A DNA stretch of 62,374 bases, filler included. It is 8 parts of 8 records of this genome, joined end to end, with 100 filler letters (N's around TTAATTAATTAA, not from the genome) between each part and the next. Parts side by side here need not be neighbours in the genome. Positions count along the whole stretch, not along the records: positions 47,875 to 54,360 come from SRR31147125_31254; positions 54,461 to 62,374 come from SRR31147125_31261; 6 more parts are not named here. The stretch is one strand, 5' to 3'. Position 1 is the first letter of the stretch; each line of letters starts with the position of its first letter. The translations under genes were made by a program, and so were the position numbers. Shown here piece after piece: positions 51,236-61,707 of this stretch. The notes below the pieces were generated by a model, which saw nothing but the letters and a program-made list of their open reading frames with translations, was not told the DNA's origin and made no database searches.

Positions 51236-54200
51236 TTAATCATTTTGGGACGGTGGTTCCATGCCTTCTGGTGGCTCCATGCCTTCCGGTGCTTCCATTC
51301 CTTCTGGCATCTCCATACCTTCTGGTGGTTCCATCCCTTCTGGCATCTCCATACCTTCTGGCGGTTCCATTCCTTCTGGCATTTCCATATCTGCATTTGA
51401 TCCCTCTATCACATTGATAGCTTCAGCATCAATCACATATGAAACATTACCAACAACAATATCTTCTGAAATCTCTTTTCCATCTATAACAAGTTTTTCG
51501 GCAACAGTTATAGTTATTTCACTATTTGCAACAACACTGTCTTCATCGTCCAAAACTAAGCTATTGACAACTGTATCTTCTGTTGCCAGCCAAACTGAAT
51601 CACTATCAAAAGTCAAGTTTGCGACACCAGAGTTATCAGCACATATGATCGTTCCTTCCCACTCTGAGTTTGTAAAGTATGCATTCAATGTGTTAGAACC
51701 CGAACCCAAATTAGGGTTATCACTACTCTGCGTTCCTTCTCCTAGATAAAAGTCACCTAGTAGTTCGCACGTTTCTGCATTTTCTCCTGTTAAATCCCAC
51801 TTCGTTGAACTATTCTCATCTGTAAAATAAACATTTCCTGTTCCACCGCTTTCAACGGATATCAGTAGGTTATCTGCTGGTGTTTGACCTTGCGCAATTG
51901 CCTCTTCCGATAGTGTTCCGTATTCTTCGTAGTTTTGGTTTACTAACTTCGTGCTGTCTACATATACTGGTGTTGATGAATTTTCTACATATATAACGGC
52001 AAATTTATTACCGCCTGAATAACCAGGTGTCTTAGATTTGTCCATAAACCACCAGTCTAACGATTCTTCATAAAATGATGGGTCGTTTGCCTTATCCAAG
52101 AAGATATTCAACTCGGATGAGCCAGTTCCCTGTTCTGCCATAGCATCATCCCAGTCATCTGGGTCTGCAACATCATAAGCTGCCGCCATTTCCTCTGCAT
52201 CATAGTATGATGCAAGACGACTGTTTTCTACAATCACACCTGTTTCTTCTGAATCTTCATTACCTCCTGCACGCGTTTTAATACCCATAACACCCGTTAT
52301 ATCCGAATTAAACGCATAAATATATCCACCTGATGCCGAACATAAACCAGCATCCAATGCGGCTGTCAATGTAGAATTATATGTGTATACCCAACTTTCA
52401 TTGAAGCCAATCGAATATACTCCTGCACAGCGCAAACCATATGTCTTTGTTGTCACTTGATTTGCAACAATCACGCCACCACCAGTATCTGTGGCAAGTG
52501 CTGTACCTGCTTCATCTCCTGTAACGATAACAGTAACGTCATCATCATGTTCTTCAAAAACGCCAACCATTTCACCATCGTCATTTCTTGTCATAGATCC
52601 AAGATCAGATGAAGGTCTCTCTGTTGCAGTAAGTGTTGATGCATCTGTGTTAATCGTTCCATCATCACTCAGTAAGTTTGTATCATCTGTATTTATATAT
52701 ATCTGCCCATTTGTCGAAACGTATGGACCATGCCCACCACTAGAGCAAGAGAAAATATCTCCGCCGATGATATCGAGCACTCCAGAAGCTAAAGAATATA
52801 TTGAGTTTACCGTTCCGAGTATTTGCGGATTAACAAGCTTTAAGTATGCTGTATCTTCGTTGACTGTATTTACAGCAGCCGTAGTAGCATCTCCGCCGTC
52901 AACATGAATAGCTGATCCAAGTCCAAAAAAGTTCCCTGCTTCTGATGGTCCTTTACTTGATGTAAATACGTCAGCAATCAAATCTATAATGGTCAAATTT
53001 GATCCTTCTTGTGCAAAGATTGCCGCCGTGTTAGTGTAGCTATTATCAACATCAACAAGCCCAACATCTTCTAGATCAACATCGTCTTCTGACACCTCTT
53101 TATAAAGATAAGTACAATAAAGCGCAACTGTTCCTTGAGCAGGACCAGACGTGATTTCTTCATTGTAGTTATAAAGCCTTACTAAATCATAGTCGTCTCC
53201 ATATACTAAGTTTTCAGTCTCGTACACATCGTTTATCACTTCTGCTTTGCTGTAATACTCTGGTGTATCTGTAGTTTGAGATGAATACACCATCTCATAT
53301 ATCTTGTCATTTGCTGAATAGTATTTACCAGTTGAGATACCCACCGTGTTTTCATACTTTGATGTTGTTCCTGTGTTAATCGCTTGATATTCATACACAT
53401 CTTCTGGCAAATTTGCTATATCAACCACTGCTTCATTGATAATCTCTGGCGCTTCGTAGTTTGAAGCTGTAACTTCCTTAGTTCTTGTATCATCAGGATC
53501 CTCTTCAAACGTCACAGATATATCAGATGAATCTTCACCGAATACGTAGCTGATTGTGATTTCATTCTGCTTTTCTTCTCCTTGCAAGAAATCATATTCC
53601 TCACCATCTATCATAATGTTTTCTATCTTATAACCAATATCAGCTGATACCAACATGTTTTTTGAATACTCACCATTCAACATTTCCTGTGGCAAATAAT
53701 ATGTTCCGTTTGGCTGTATATATCCGTTATCCCCTGATGAAACAGTAAATACGTTGTATAAATCTTCTTCAAGGTAACTCATTGTTTTGCCAGCATTCTC
53801 AACATACTCTTCAGCCGCACTACCTTTTTCTACATAATACGTTCCACCTTGGCAGCTTAATAATGCATTTTCTACTATTGATGAAATATTCGCTGTAAAA
53901 ACCCATCCCGCAGTATCATTGTAATCATATATACTACGCTCGCTAACAGTTGTTATACTGGTTGGTAATAAAACAAAATTGTCACTAATTTTGTTATTAG
54001 ATAACACATTCTGCTCACCATCACCAAACAGCGTTACTTCATAGCCGCCTAATTCAGCAGGAACCATAACAACATTCTCTGCTTTTTCAGATCCGTCACC
54101 CCAAAGTAGCGTTGCTGTTTTATCTTCATTCACTGTATACACCCAATTACCTTGTGTATTGTTTCCCTCTAATTCAGTGTCAGTATCATCTTCCAATTCC

Positions 54201-54322
54201 TGTGTTTCACTAGAATCAGTCTGATACGCCTCCTCTTGCTCTTGCTCACTACACGCACTAAGGAGCAGCACATTTGATACAAGCATTGTCAAAATCAAAA
54301 CTAAATATATGACTCTTTTCAT
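51236..54322 (-). CDS. Large acidic lipoprotein: LRR/BspA-like fragment, InlB-B-repeat-like domain, beta-helix-like domain and PEGME tail
   Basis: LSAC lipobox; VPAELGGY.VT..G and LP.SITTV; TVSSGDNG.I.P.G...GYKI..I.IDG...ISVTF; ALATDTGGG. Confidence 0.7.
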   Translation of the reverse strand: MKRVIYLVLILTMLVSNVLLLSACSEQEQEEAYQTDSSETQELEDDTDTELEGNNTQGNWVYTVNEDKTATLLWGDGSEKAENVVMVPAELGGYEVTLFGDGEQNVLSNNKISDNFVLLPTSITTVSERSIYDYNDTAGWVFTANISSIVENALLSCQGGTYYVEKGSAAEEYVENAGKTMSYLEEDLYNVFTVSSGDNGYIQPNGTYYLPQEMLNGEYSKNMLVSADIGYKIENIMIDGEEYDFLQGEEKQNEITISYVFGEDSSDISVTFEEDPDDTRTKEVTASNYEAPEIINEAVVDIANLPEDVYEYQAINTGTTSKYENTVGISTGKYYSANDKIYEMVYSSQTTDTPEYYSKAEVINDVYETENLVYGDDYDLVRLYNYNEEITSGPAQGTVALYCTYLYKEVSEDDVDLEDVGLVDVDNSYTNTAAIFAQEGSNLTIIDLIADVFTSSKGPSEAGNFFGLGSAIHVDGGDATTAAVNTVNEDTAYLKLVNPQILGTVNSIYSLASGVLDIIGGDIFSCSSGGHGPYVSTNGQIYINTDDTNLLSDDGTINTDASTLTATERPSSDLGSMTRNDDGEMVGVFEEHDDDVTVIVTGDEAGTALATDTGGGVIVANQVTTKTYGLRCAGVYSIGFNESWVYTYNSTLTAALDAGLCSASGGYIYAFNSDITGVMGIKTRAGGNEDSEETGVIVENSRLASYYDAEEMAAAYDVADPDDWDDAMAEQGTGSSELNIFLDKANDPSFYEESLDWWFMDKSKTPGYSGGNKFAVIYVENSSTPVYVDSTKLVNQNYEEYGTLSEEAIAQGQTPADNLLISVESGGTGNVYFTDENSSTKWDLTGENAETCELLGDFYLGEGTQSSDNPNLGSGSNTLNAYFTNSEWEGTIICADNSGVANLTFDSDSVWLATEDTVVNSLVLDDEDSVVANSEITITVAEKLVIDGKEISEDIVVGNVSYVIDAEAINVIEGSNADMEMPEGMEPPEGMEMPEGMEPPEGMEMPEGMEAPEGMEPPEGMEPPSQND
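51251..51388 (-). repeat. 18-bp coding tandem repeat, 7 PEGMEx units
   Basis: CC(A/G) GAA GGN ATG GA(A/G) xxx, with variable synonymous positions. Confidence 0.92.
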
Positions 54323-54360
54323 AATTTTATAATCTTCCTTTCACTCCAGTTTTCTCTTTT

Positions 54361-54460
54361 NNNNNNNNNNNNNNNNNNNNNNNNNNNNNNNNNNNNNNNN
54401 NNNNTTAATTAATTAANNNNNNNNNNNNNNNNNNNNNNNNNNNNNNNNNNNNNNNNNNNN
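54361..54460. other. Artificial contig linker
   Basis: N44-TTAATTAATTAA-N44. Confidence 0.99.
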
Positions 54461-54482
54461 ATAATTATTAATATTACATTAT

Positions 54483-54510
54483 ATTATACCTATATATGTC
54501 CTTAAGTCAA
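54483..54510 (-). promoter_or_regulatory. Sigma70/SigA promoter pointing off the contig end
   Basis: The minus strand reads TTGACT-N16-TATAAT. Confidence 0.5.
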
Positions 54511-54636
54511 CTTATTATTCAGCATATAAATACATATTTTTCCCTAGTAATTATATAATTACCCAATAATCGAATTTAATTTATATATTATACTCTGCTA
54601 CTAAGACTCTCTGCTTTATTTAACTAACTAGTATAC

Positions 54637-54670
54637 AAAAAAGCTGACACCAATTAATTGATATCAGCTT
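54637..54670 (-). terminator. Terminator of the phosphatase pair
   Basis: The minus strand reads AAGCTGATATCAATTAATTGGTGTCAGCTT followed by a T-run. Confidence 0.8.
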
Positions 54671-54696
54671 ATTAATTAATGTATTAAATCTTTATA

Positions 54697-56217
54697 TTAT
54701 TTTTCAATAACTGCAGGTAATGCTTCCCACCCCATAATATCACAGATTATAATTGGTATATCCTGTATTCCAGTTGCTTTATCTAATTCTTCATTTTTTA
54801 CGCCAATCGAGCATAAAGGAATCAACTGCCATGAATGATACTCGGAAGTAAACTCAACTCCCAATTCAAGGCTTGTCTGAAGAGTAATATAATTATATAA
54901 AGGGGCTCTATCCTCATGTACTGTTTCCCATGGAGATTCAAGTGCGGTTTTTATATATCCAGTTACTTTAGAGCCGTACACTTCTACATCCCATTCTTCA
55001 TCTAAAAACGTTAATACCTCTTCACTATTATCAGACCATGTAAAGTTAGCCTTTGTTTTAAACTCAGCGTATTTTTCTTCATTGAATACATAATCACCAG
55101 TTTCGTGGTCTGCTGTAAAAATAACTAAAGTCTCGTATGGATGCTCGTTGTAAAATTCCATTATTGCAGCAAGTGTATCATTTAATAATCTAATTTGAGC
55201 AATAGTCCCTGATTGTGAGCCATTATGACAACGTTTATCAATTGAAGCTTCTTCTATCATCATTACAAATCCATTTGGATTTTGGCTTAATGTTTGTATT
55301 CCGCCTTTTGTCATATCAACTAAAGATGGCACATACTCACATCTTTCAATTTTATCAGTCTTCATCTTATAGCTTTCATACGCCATAGTAGTTTCTGAAA
55401 ATACACATATGGATTTTTCATCCGTGTATGTTCCTGCATCTACTTGCTGTAAAAAGTCTTGAGCTCCTGTCATACCAAGATATGACGTATATCCTTGCTC
55501 AAGCAACAGAGAAAATTCAGATTCATCCGATGCCTCGCTTACAACTTTCTTGTATCTTGCATCGACGGAGTTAAAGGATGAATAATATCTTTGGGGAACA
55601 AGGTTCTGCAATCCTCCGCCTGCAATATAATCTACATTACAGCCTCCTATCCTTTCTGATAACTTTTTTGCATTCAACCGCCAGTCATCATGGGTCAAAA
55701 ATGTTGCAGGTGTCGCATCAAGCAAAAATGAATTTGTTACAACTCCTGTAGACAAGCCATTTTCCTTTGCTCTATCCATTATAGTGTATAAATCCTGATA
55801 ATCTGTATTTTGCGAAATATAGCTAGGAGGTGACACATATCCTGTAGCTAGAGCAGTACCGCCAGATGCTGACTCACCTCTGCCGTCTACCATTTTTTGC
55901 TGAGGAAAGCTTTCCCATACTGCGCCTGAGTTCATATCTTCATTTTCTATTCGAGCGTATATTTCCCCCATTATCATATGTCCTCTTCCGAACCCATCAC
56001 CAATTACTATAAATATATATTTTGGTTCTGTTGGTATAGGTGTAGGGCTAGGTGTAGGCTCTGCAGTAGCTGTTGCAGTAGCTGTTGGTGTAGGCTCCTG
56101 CGTAGCTATCATTGTAGAGGTCGTCTCATTATTTAGTTCTGTATCAGCCTCGTTGTTTTTTGTACATCCTGTAAAAATCAACGAAATAGATAGTATTATT
56201 ATTAGAATTTTTCTCAT
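54697..56217 (-). CDS. Alkaline phosphatase family lipoprotein (paralog 2)
   Basis: FTGC lipobox, PT linker, IGDGFG, ESASGGTALATG, DATPA, IDKRCH and TADHETG. Start moved to MRKIL after GAAGGA. Confidence 0.88.
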   Translation of the reverse strand: MRKILIIILSISLIFTGCTKNNEADTELNNETTSTMIATQEPTPTATATATAEPTPSPTPIPTEPKYIFIVIGDGFGRGHMIMGEIYARIENEDMNSGAVWESFPQQKMVDGRGESASGGTALATGYVSPPSYISQNTDYQDLYTIMDRAKENGLSTGVVTNSFLLDATPATFLTHDDWRLNAKKLSERIGGCNVDYIAGGGLQNLVPQRYYSSFNSVDARYKKVVSEASDESEFSLLLEQGYTSYLGMTGAQDFLQQVDAGTYTDEKSICVFSETTMAYESYKMKTDKIERCEYVPSLVDMTKGGIQTLSQNPNGFVMMIEEASIDKRCHNGSQSGTIAQIRLLNDTLAAIMEFYNEHPYETLVIFTADHETGDYVFNEEKYAEFKTKANFTWSDNSEEVLTFLDEEWDVEVYGSKVTGYIKTALESPWETVHEDRAPLYNYITLQTSLELGVEFTSEYHSWQLIPLCSIGVKNEELDKATGIQDIPIIICDIMGWEALPAVIEK

Positions 56218-56236
56218 AGTTGTTCCTTCGTAATTT

Positions 56237-57748
56237 TTATTGTAATAGTTCTGGAAGAGCATCCCATCCCATAAATTCACAAATAATTATTGGTATCTCG
56301 GCTATATGCTGGCTTTCTGCAAAGTCTTCACTTCTCTTACCAATAGTATATAATGGCACATATTGTGCTGAATGCTGATCACTTTGTATCTCTGTACCAT
56401 ATTTTACACTAGTTTGTGTAGTTATTGTAGCAAGTAAACTTACTTTAGCATCGTCTTCGTTTGTAAAAGCAGAAGATTTAGTTAATTCTAAACAAGCTTT
56501 ATAAAACGCTTCATATGCACCTATATTCCATTCATCATTTAAAAAGTTAGTTAATTCATTACTATCATCTGTCCATTTAAAATCTTCTAATGTTTTAAAC
56601 TGGCTAAATGATTCTTCGTCAAATTTATAGTTTCCTGTTTCATGATCTGCTGTTAATATAATCAATGTTTCTGTAGGATGTTCATTATAAAACTCCATTA
56701 TATATTTTAGAGTATCATTTAAAATCCTTATTTGATAAATCATTTTTTCCTGAGATTTTTTATGTCCGGTCTTATCAATAGTGGCTTCTTCCACCATCAT
56801 AATAAATCCATTTTCATTCTGACTAAGCGATTCCACTCCAGCTTGAGTTAATTCCACTAAAGACGGCACATCCAAATATTTTGTCAGGGTAGATGGCTGA
56901 TACTTATAATACTCAAATGGCATTATACCACCTGTTAAAGAATATAAAGCTTTTTCACTAAAGTTCCCCGTACCTAAGGTTTCTCTTAGTTTATTTGCAC
57001 CTTCCATACCTAAGTTTATATCATATCCCATTTCTTCTAGCTGTTTTACTACAGTTTCTGAACCAATATAATCCATCTTATAGCCTTTTGCATCAACATT
57101 TGTGTAGTATTTACCAGTAGAAGAGCCAAGCATGTATTCCATACCGCCTCCAGCAAGAAAGTCAACATTACTATTGGAAAGTTGAGTTGCTATAGAAGAA
57201 AAATTATATCTATTATAAATGTGGGAACAAAAAGTTCCAGGAGTTGCATCAATTAAAGATGAGTTTGTTATTACGCCTGTTGCCATACCATTTTCTTTTG
57301 CTCTGTCCATAATGGTATATAGTGGTCTCATGTCTTCATCTACTCCAATAAAGCCGCCTTTTGTTTTGTAGCCAGTAGATATGGCTGTTCCGCCAGTAGA
57401 GGATTCTCCCATAGCTTCAACAAAATGCTGCTGCTCAAAATCTTCCCAAACCGCACCTTTACTCATGCTTTCATTTTCCAAACGAGCATACATTTCACCT
57501 AATATCATTGCTCCTCGACCAAACCCATCTCCTATAACTATAAAGATATACTTAGGCTCTGTCGGTTCAGGTGTGGAAGTAGGAGTAGGTTCTAAAGTTG
57601 CTGTAGGCTCCGCTGTTAGCTCTGGCATGTCCGTAGCCGATATAATATTTGTTGGTTCTAGAGATTCTTGTAATTGGATATCTGCTTGATTGCAGGATAT
57701 TAAAAATAACATTGCAATTATCAATATTATCATTTTTTTGCTTTTCAT
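56237..57748 (-). CDS. Alkaline phosphatase family lipoprotein (paralog 1)
   Basis: LISC lipobox, PT linker, IGDGFG, ESSTGGTAISTG, DATPG, IDKTGH and TADHETG. Confidence 0.88.
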   Translation of the reverse strand: MKSKKMIILIIAMLFLISCNQADIQLQESLEPTNIISATDMPELTAEPTATLEPTPTSTPEPTEPKYIFIVIGDGFGRGAMILGEMYARLENESMSKGAVWEDFEQQHFVEAMGESSTGGTAISTGYKTKGGFIGVDEDMRPLYTIMDRAKENGMATGVITNSSLIDATPGTFCSHIYNRYNFSSIATQLSNSNVDFLAGGGMEYMLGSSTGKYYTNVDAKGYKMDYIGSETVVKQLEEMGYDINLGMEGANKLRETLGTGNFSEKALYSLTGGIMPFEYYKYQPSTLTKYLDVPSLVELTQAGVESLSQNENGFIMMVEEATIDKTGHKKSQEKMIYQIRILNDTLKYIMEFYNEHPTETLIILTADHETGNYKFDEESFSQFKTLEDFKWTDDSNELTNFLNDEWNIGAYEAFYKACLELTKSSAFTNEDDAKVSLLATITTQTSVKYGTEIQSDQHSAQYVPLYTIGKRSEDFAESQHIAEIPIIICEFMGWDALPELLQ

Positions 57749-57941
57749 ACTAACCTCTCATTCCTTGGAAAAATTATATCATAGTTAGCATAAGATAACA
57801 ACATACAAAAAACATATGTAATTTACAAAAAGTGTATATAAATTCATTTGCTCCGCTTCTATATATTGTGATACAATTTAATAATGAGATTGTTGAATAA
57901 TATTATTTTTCAATAGTCCCATAATATTAGGAGGTATTACA

Positions 57942-59699
57942 ATGAAAGTGTTAAAAAACTGGAAGATCAAAGAAAACATTATTAAAGTACTAAAAATATA
58001 TCCTGTAGTATTAATCTGTTTTCTTGCAATTGGTACCTTAGCTATATTATTAGTACATATTGATAATATAGATGAAGAGATAGTTATTAAAATAAATTTC
58101 TGTATTGCAATTTTCGCTGGATTTGCATTAATTTTAAAGTCTTTAAAAATTCAATTTGAAAAGTTTAGCTATAAACAATATTTAATAGCATTATTTATTT
58201 GTTTAACCCTTTCCATAGGCTATTATTTTACTCTAAATACAGATAACGAATGGACAATTAGAAGAACATTAATTATTTGGTTTATTGAAGGCTTATTGTT
58301 TATATCATTAACTTTTATAAAAAATGATGATAAAGCTGAGCATTTTGCTAACTTAGCTGCAGGCAGGCTTATAATCTCCGGAATATTATTTGGTATAGCA
58401 TACGGAGGAGTAGCAGGAATACTTTTTGCGCTAGAAGAATTGTTTAATCTAGATATTTCATATAAATTATATGGAGATTTTGCTATAGGCTTAGCAACAA
58501 CATTTCTGCCTATGCTATGGCTCGCTGGACTTAATTATCAAGTTAAGCCATCAAAGAAAAAATTATATAAAGTATTGTTATCTTTTGTATGCATACCATT
58601 ACTATTTGTTTATTCAGCTGTTGTATATGGGTTTATTATTAAAATCGCATTGGATGGTTTTAAAATTCCTAGCTCAATATCTATTGCGCATTTAGTATTA
58701 TGGTACAGTTTTGTAAGTATAATCGTTACATATCTTGCAAGACCATATGAGGATAACTCATTAACAAAGTTCTTTTACAAATGGTACCCTCTAATTTCAA
58801 TTTTGCCTATAGCAGTAATGTTCATTGCAATATTTTTAAGAATTAATCAATATGGGATTACAATTAGCAGATATTATTTATTACTGGGCGGCATTTGGCT
58901 TGCATTGATGTTTGGATATTTGATATTCGTACGTTTTGCAAAGAAAAAAAGATTAAATATAGTAATCACTCTATCAATTGCACTGTTTGCATTAATAAGC
59001 ATTGCAGAACCAATATCGGCAAACACAATAGCTGAGAAGTCACAAATAAAAAGATTAAAAGAAGTAGTAATCAGTTATATTGATGGTGATACTATTGATA
59101 TTGAAAGTATGAGCAATGAAGAAATTAAAAAAGCTCAAGATATATTGCATTATTTAGATTGGAATCACTATGGGTATAGTGTTAATTCTGATAATAATTA
59201 CTTTAATAATATTGACTTTTTAACCAAAAGTGAAGCGAAGAATATACTTGATGCAAATACAACATTTGTGGATGTAGATAGAGACGGCAGAAGATATTTA
59301 TATATAAACAGTGAAGAAAAAATAGGCGGCCAACCTGTAGTTAATATTGAAGGATATAAATATTTATTCATTGTTAAGAGCTATTCATATTATGATGATA
59401 ATTTCAGAGAGTACGATAGCTACAAAATCGAAATTATTAATCAAAGCGATAATGATAATGAAGTAGTTGCTAGTTACATTAATATATATATAGACGACGA
59501 ACTTATGGAACAACTTTCCTTGGTTGAATGCTATGGCGATAAAATACTAGAAAAGAAAGAAAGTTTCGGAGAAGACAATAGTGATTTTATATATGAAAAT
59601 GATAACCAAACGATAAAAATAATATTAACAAATATAAATTTCTGGTATTCTGATGAAGTAGCAATTACTGCATTTGAAGGATATATATTAATAAAATAA
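57942..59699 (+). CDS. DUF4153-like polytopic membrane protein
   Basis: About 10 TM helices, IPLL.VY..V.Y, RI.QYG.T..RY, P.SA..IA..SQ..RL and YL motifs. AGGAGG ribosome site. Confidence 0.75.
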   Translation: MKVLKNWKIKENIIKVLKIYPVVLICFLAIGTLAILLVHIDNIDEEIVIKINFCIAIFAGFALILKSLKIQFEKFSYKQYLIALFICLTLSIGYYFTLNTDNEWTIRRTLIIWFIEGLLFISLTFIKNDDKAEHFANLAAGRLIISGILFGIAYGGVAGILFALEELFNLDISYKLYGDFAIGLATTFLPMLWLAGLNYQVKPSKKKLYKVLLSFVCIPLLFVYSAVVYGFIIKIALDGFKIPSSISIAHLVLWYSFVSIIVTYLARPYEDNSLTKFFYKWYPLISILPIAVMFIAIFLRINQYGITISRYYLLLGGIWLALMFGYLIFVRFAKKKRLNIVITLSIALFALISIAEPISANTIAEKSQIKRLKEVVISYIDGDTIDIESMSNEEIKKAQDILHYLDWNHYGYSVNSDNNYFNNIDFLTKSEAKNILDANTTFVDVDRDGRRYLYINSEEKIGGQPVVNIEGYKYLFIVKSYSYYDDNFREYDSYKIEIINQSDNDNEVVASYINIYIDDELMEQLSLVECYGDKILEKKESFGEDNSDFIYENDNQTIKIILTNINFWYSDEVAITAFEGYILIK

Positions 59700-59722
59700 T
59701 AATTTAAGTAATTCTTTATTAA

Positions 59723-59755
59723 ACCTGCTGCTAAACTTGGTAGCAGGTATTTTTT
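59723..59755 (+). terminator. Rho-independent terminator
   Basis: ACCTGCTGCTAA-ac-TTGGTAGCAGGT followed by ATTTTTT. Confidence 0.75.
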
Positions 59756-59837
59756 AGTAAAACATAGATAAAATCCATGTTAATATTGCCGAAAATCTAG
59801 TTATTTTAATAAAATGACTGTATTTATACGCATATTC

Positions 59838-59866
59838 TTGACAGCTAGTTAAAAAGACTATAAAAT
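59838..59866 (+). promoter_or_regulatory. SigA promoter of rny
   Basis: TTGACA-N17-TAAAAT. Confidence 0.75.
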
Positions 59867-60074
59867 AGAAACAATTGATAGTGATTGGACTCATCTAGTA
59901 TGTTTATAGTAGTGAGTATGTGTGTGTATAGTAACATCGTAATGATTATATAGATTATAGTTTTTTTTAATTTACTCAAATGTCAATTCTAATAACGCAA
60001 ACACGTAGACTCTAAACTAATAAAAAATTATATTTAAGATGGGCGTCCGTTAATAATAAAAGGAGGTGCATCAT

Positions 60075-61624
60075 TTGAACGTGCAACAAGTAATCTTGTG
60101 CATTGTTTTTGTCTTTGTATCGCTTGTCATAGGGTTAGCAATTGGTTATTACATCAGAAAATCGCTGGCTGAAAAAAAATTGGGCAAAGCGGAAGAAGTT
60201 GCTAGCAAATTGCTAGAGGAGGCAATGCAAAAAGCAGAAGCAAACAAAAAAGTTACAATAATTGAAGCAAGAGAAGAAGTACATAAGCTAAGAAATGAAG
60301 TAGACAAGGAAGTAAGGGAAAGACGTATGGAGGTGCAGAAAGCCGAAAGACGTCAGCAGCAGAGAGAGGACAGTTTAGATAAAAAAATACGCCAGATGGA
60401 GCAAAGGGACGAAAGAAGCCAGCAATTGCGTTCAGAGGCTGAAAAGGTTAAGGAAAAAGCGACTGCTCTCTATAATGAACAATTGAGAGAGCTGGAAAGA
60501 ATATCAGGTCATACCAAAGAGGAAGCCCACGCCATTTTGATGGAAAAAGTGGAAAGAGAAACCAGGTATGAAGCCGCTGTAATGATTCGAGAGATAGAAG
60601 CCGAAGCAAAGCAAGAAGCTGAAAAACGTTCCAGAAATATAGTAGGACTGGCTATACAAAAATGTGCCGCAGATCACGTTGCTGAAACTACCGTATCTGT
60701 TGTTAATCTGCCAAACGACGATATGAAAGGGAGAATTATCGGTCGTGAGGGAAGAAACATCAGGTCACTTGAAACTGCAACGGGAATTGATTTTATAATT
60801 GATGACACCCCAGAGGCTGTAATATTATCTGGTTTTGATCCTATTCGCAGAGAAGTAGCAAGGCGTGCACTAGAAAAACTTATAGTAGATGGACGTATAC
60901 ACCCTGCAAGAATTGAAGAGATGGTAAATAAGGCACGTAAAGAAGTTGACGGATTAATACGTGAAGCAGGCGAAGCAGCAGTTTTTGATATTGGAGTTCA
61001 TGGAATCCATCACGATTTAGTGCGCATACTAGGAAGATTACGATATCGTACCAGCTATGGTCAAAATGTATTAAAGCACTCAATTGAAGTCTCGTACCTA
61101 GCAGGATTAATGGCTGCTGAAATAGGTGCAAACATAAAACTAGCCAAAAGATCCGGTTTATTGCACGATATAGGTAAAGCGGTGGATCACGAAGTCGAGG
61201 TCCTCATGTGCAGATTGGCGCAGACTTAGCCAAAAAATATAATGAAAGCCCAAAAGTTATTCACGCAATTCTTGCACATCACGGTGATATTGAAGCAGAG
61301 ACTATAGAGGCTATTTTGGTTCAGGCAGCCGATGCAATATCCGCAGCTAGACCAGGTGCAAGGCGAGAGACATTAGTAAACTACGTTAAGCGCTTAGAAG
61401 ATTTAGAGAACATCTCTAATTCCTTTGATGGTGTGGATAAATCGTTTGCTATTCAGGCAGGTAGGGAAGTGCGTATAATAGTAAAGCCTGACGAAATAGA
61501 TGATAAAGCATCAGTAATATTAGCAAAAGATATTGCTAAAAAGATAGAAGCTGACCTTGACTATCCAGGACAGATTAAGGTAAATGTAATTAGGGAGACT
61601 CGCGCCACTGAGCTAGCGAAATAA
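60075..61624 (+). CDS. rny: Ribonuclease Y, one 1-bp frameshift at ~61200
   Basis: N-terminal TM, coiled coil, KH domain ([13 protein letters not shown]) and HD domain ([19 protein letters not shown]). Adding one G restores HEVEGPHVQIG. TTG start 7 nt after AGGAGGT. Confidence 0.96.
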
Positions 61625-61646
61625 AAATAGATACTTATGTTATATT

Positions 61647-61682
61647 AGGGAGCATCGATCTTATAAGATATGCTCCTTTTTA
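61647..61682 (+). terminator. Probable terminator after rny
   Basis: AGGGAGCAT...ATGCTCCTTTTTT. Confidence 0.7.
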
Positions 61683-61707
61683 ATATAAACAATAGAGGGA
61701 ATATATT

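Noticed and set aside
50795-52907. Plus-strand ORFs with SGGSIP repeats
   Set aside because: They are the antisense reading of the PEGME-repeat lipoprotein genes.
14363-54460. Recurrent TTAATTAATTAA flanked by N runs as a biological repeat or CRISPR
   Set aside because: It is an identical 100-bp six-frame-stop linker added during concatenation. ORFs running into X residues are contig truncations.
6151-61624. Programmed frameshifting or phase variation in the symporter, susC, ftsY and rny
   Set aside because: The runs are short (2-6 nt), no stimulatory structure is evident, and the same defect recurs in unrelated contigs. Sequencing error is the simpler explanation.
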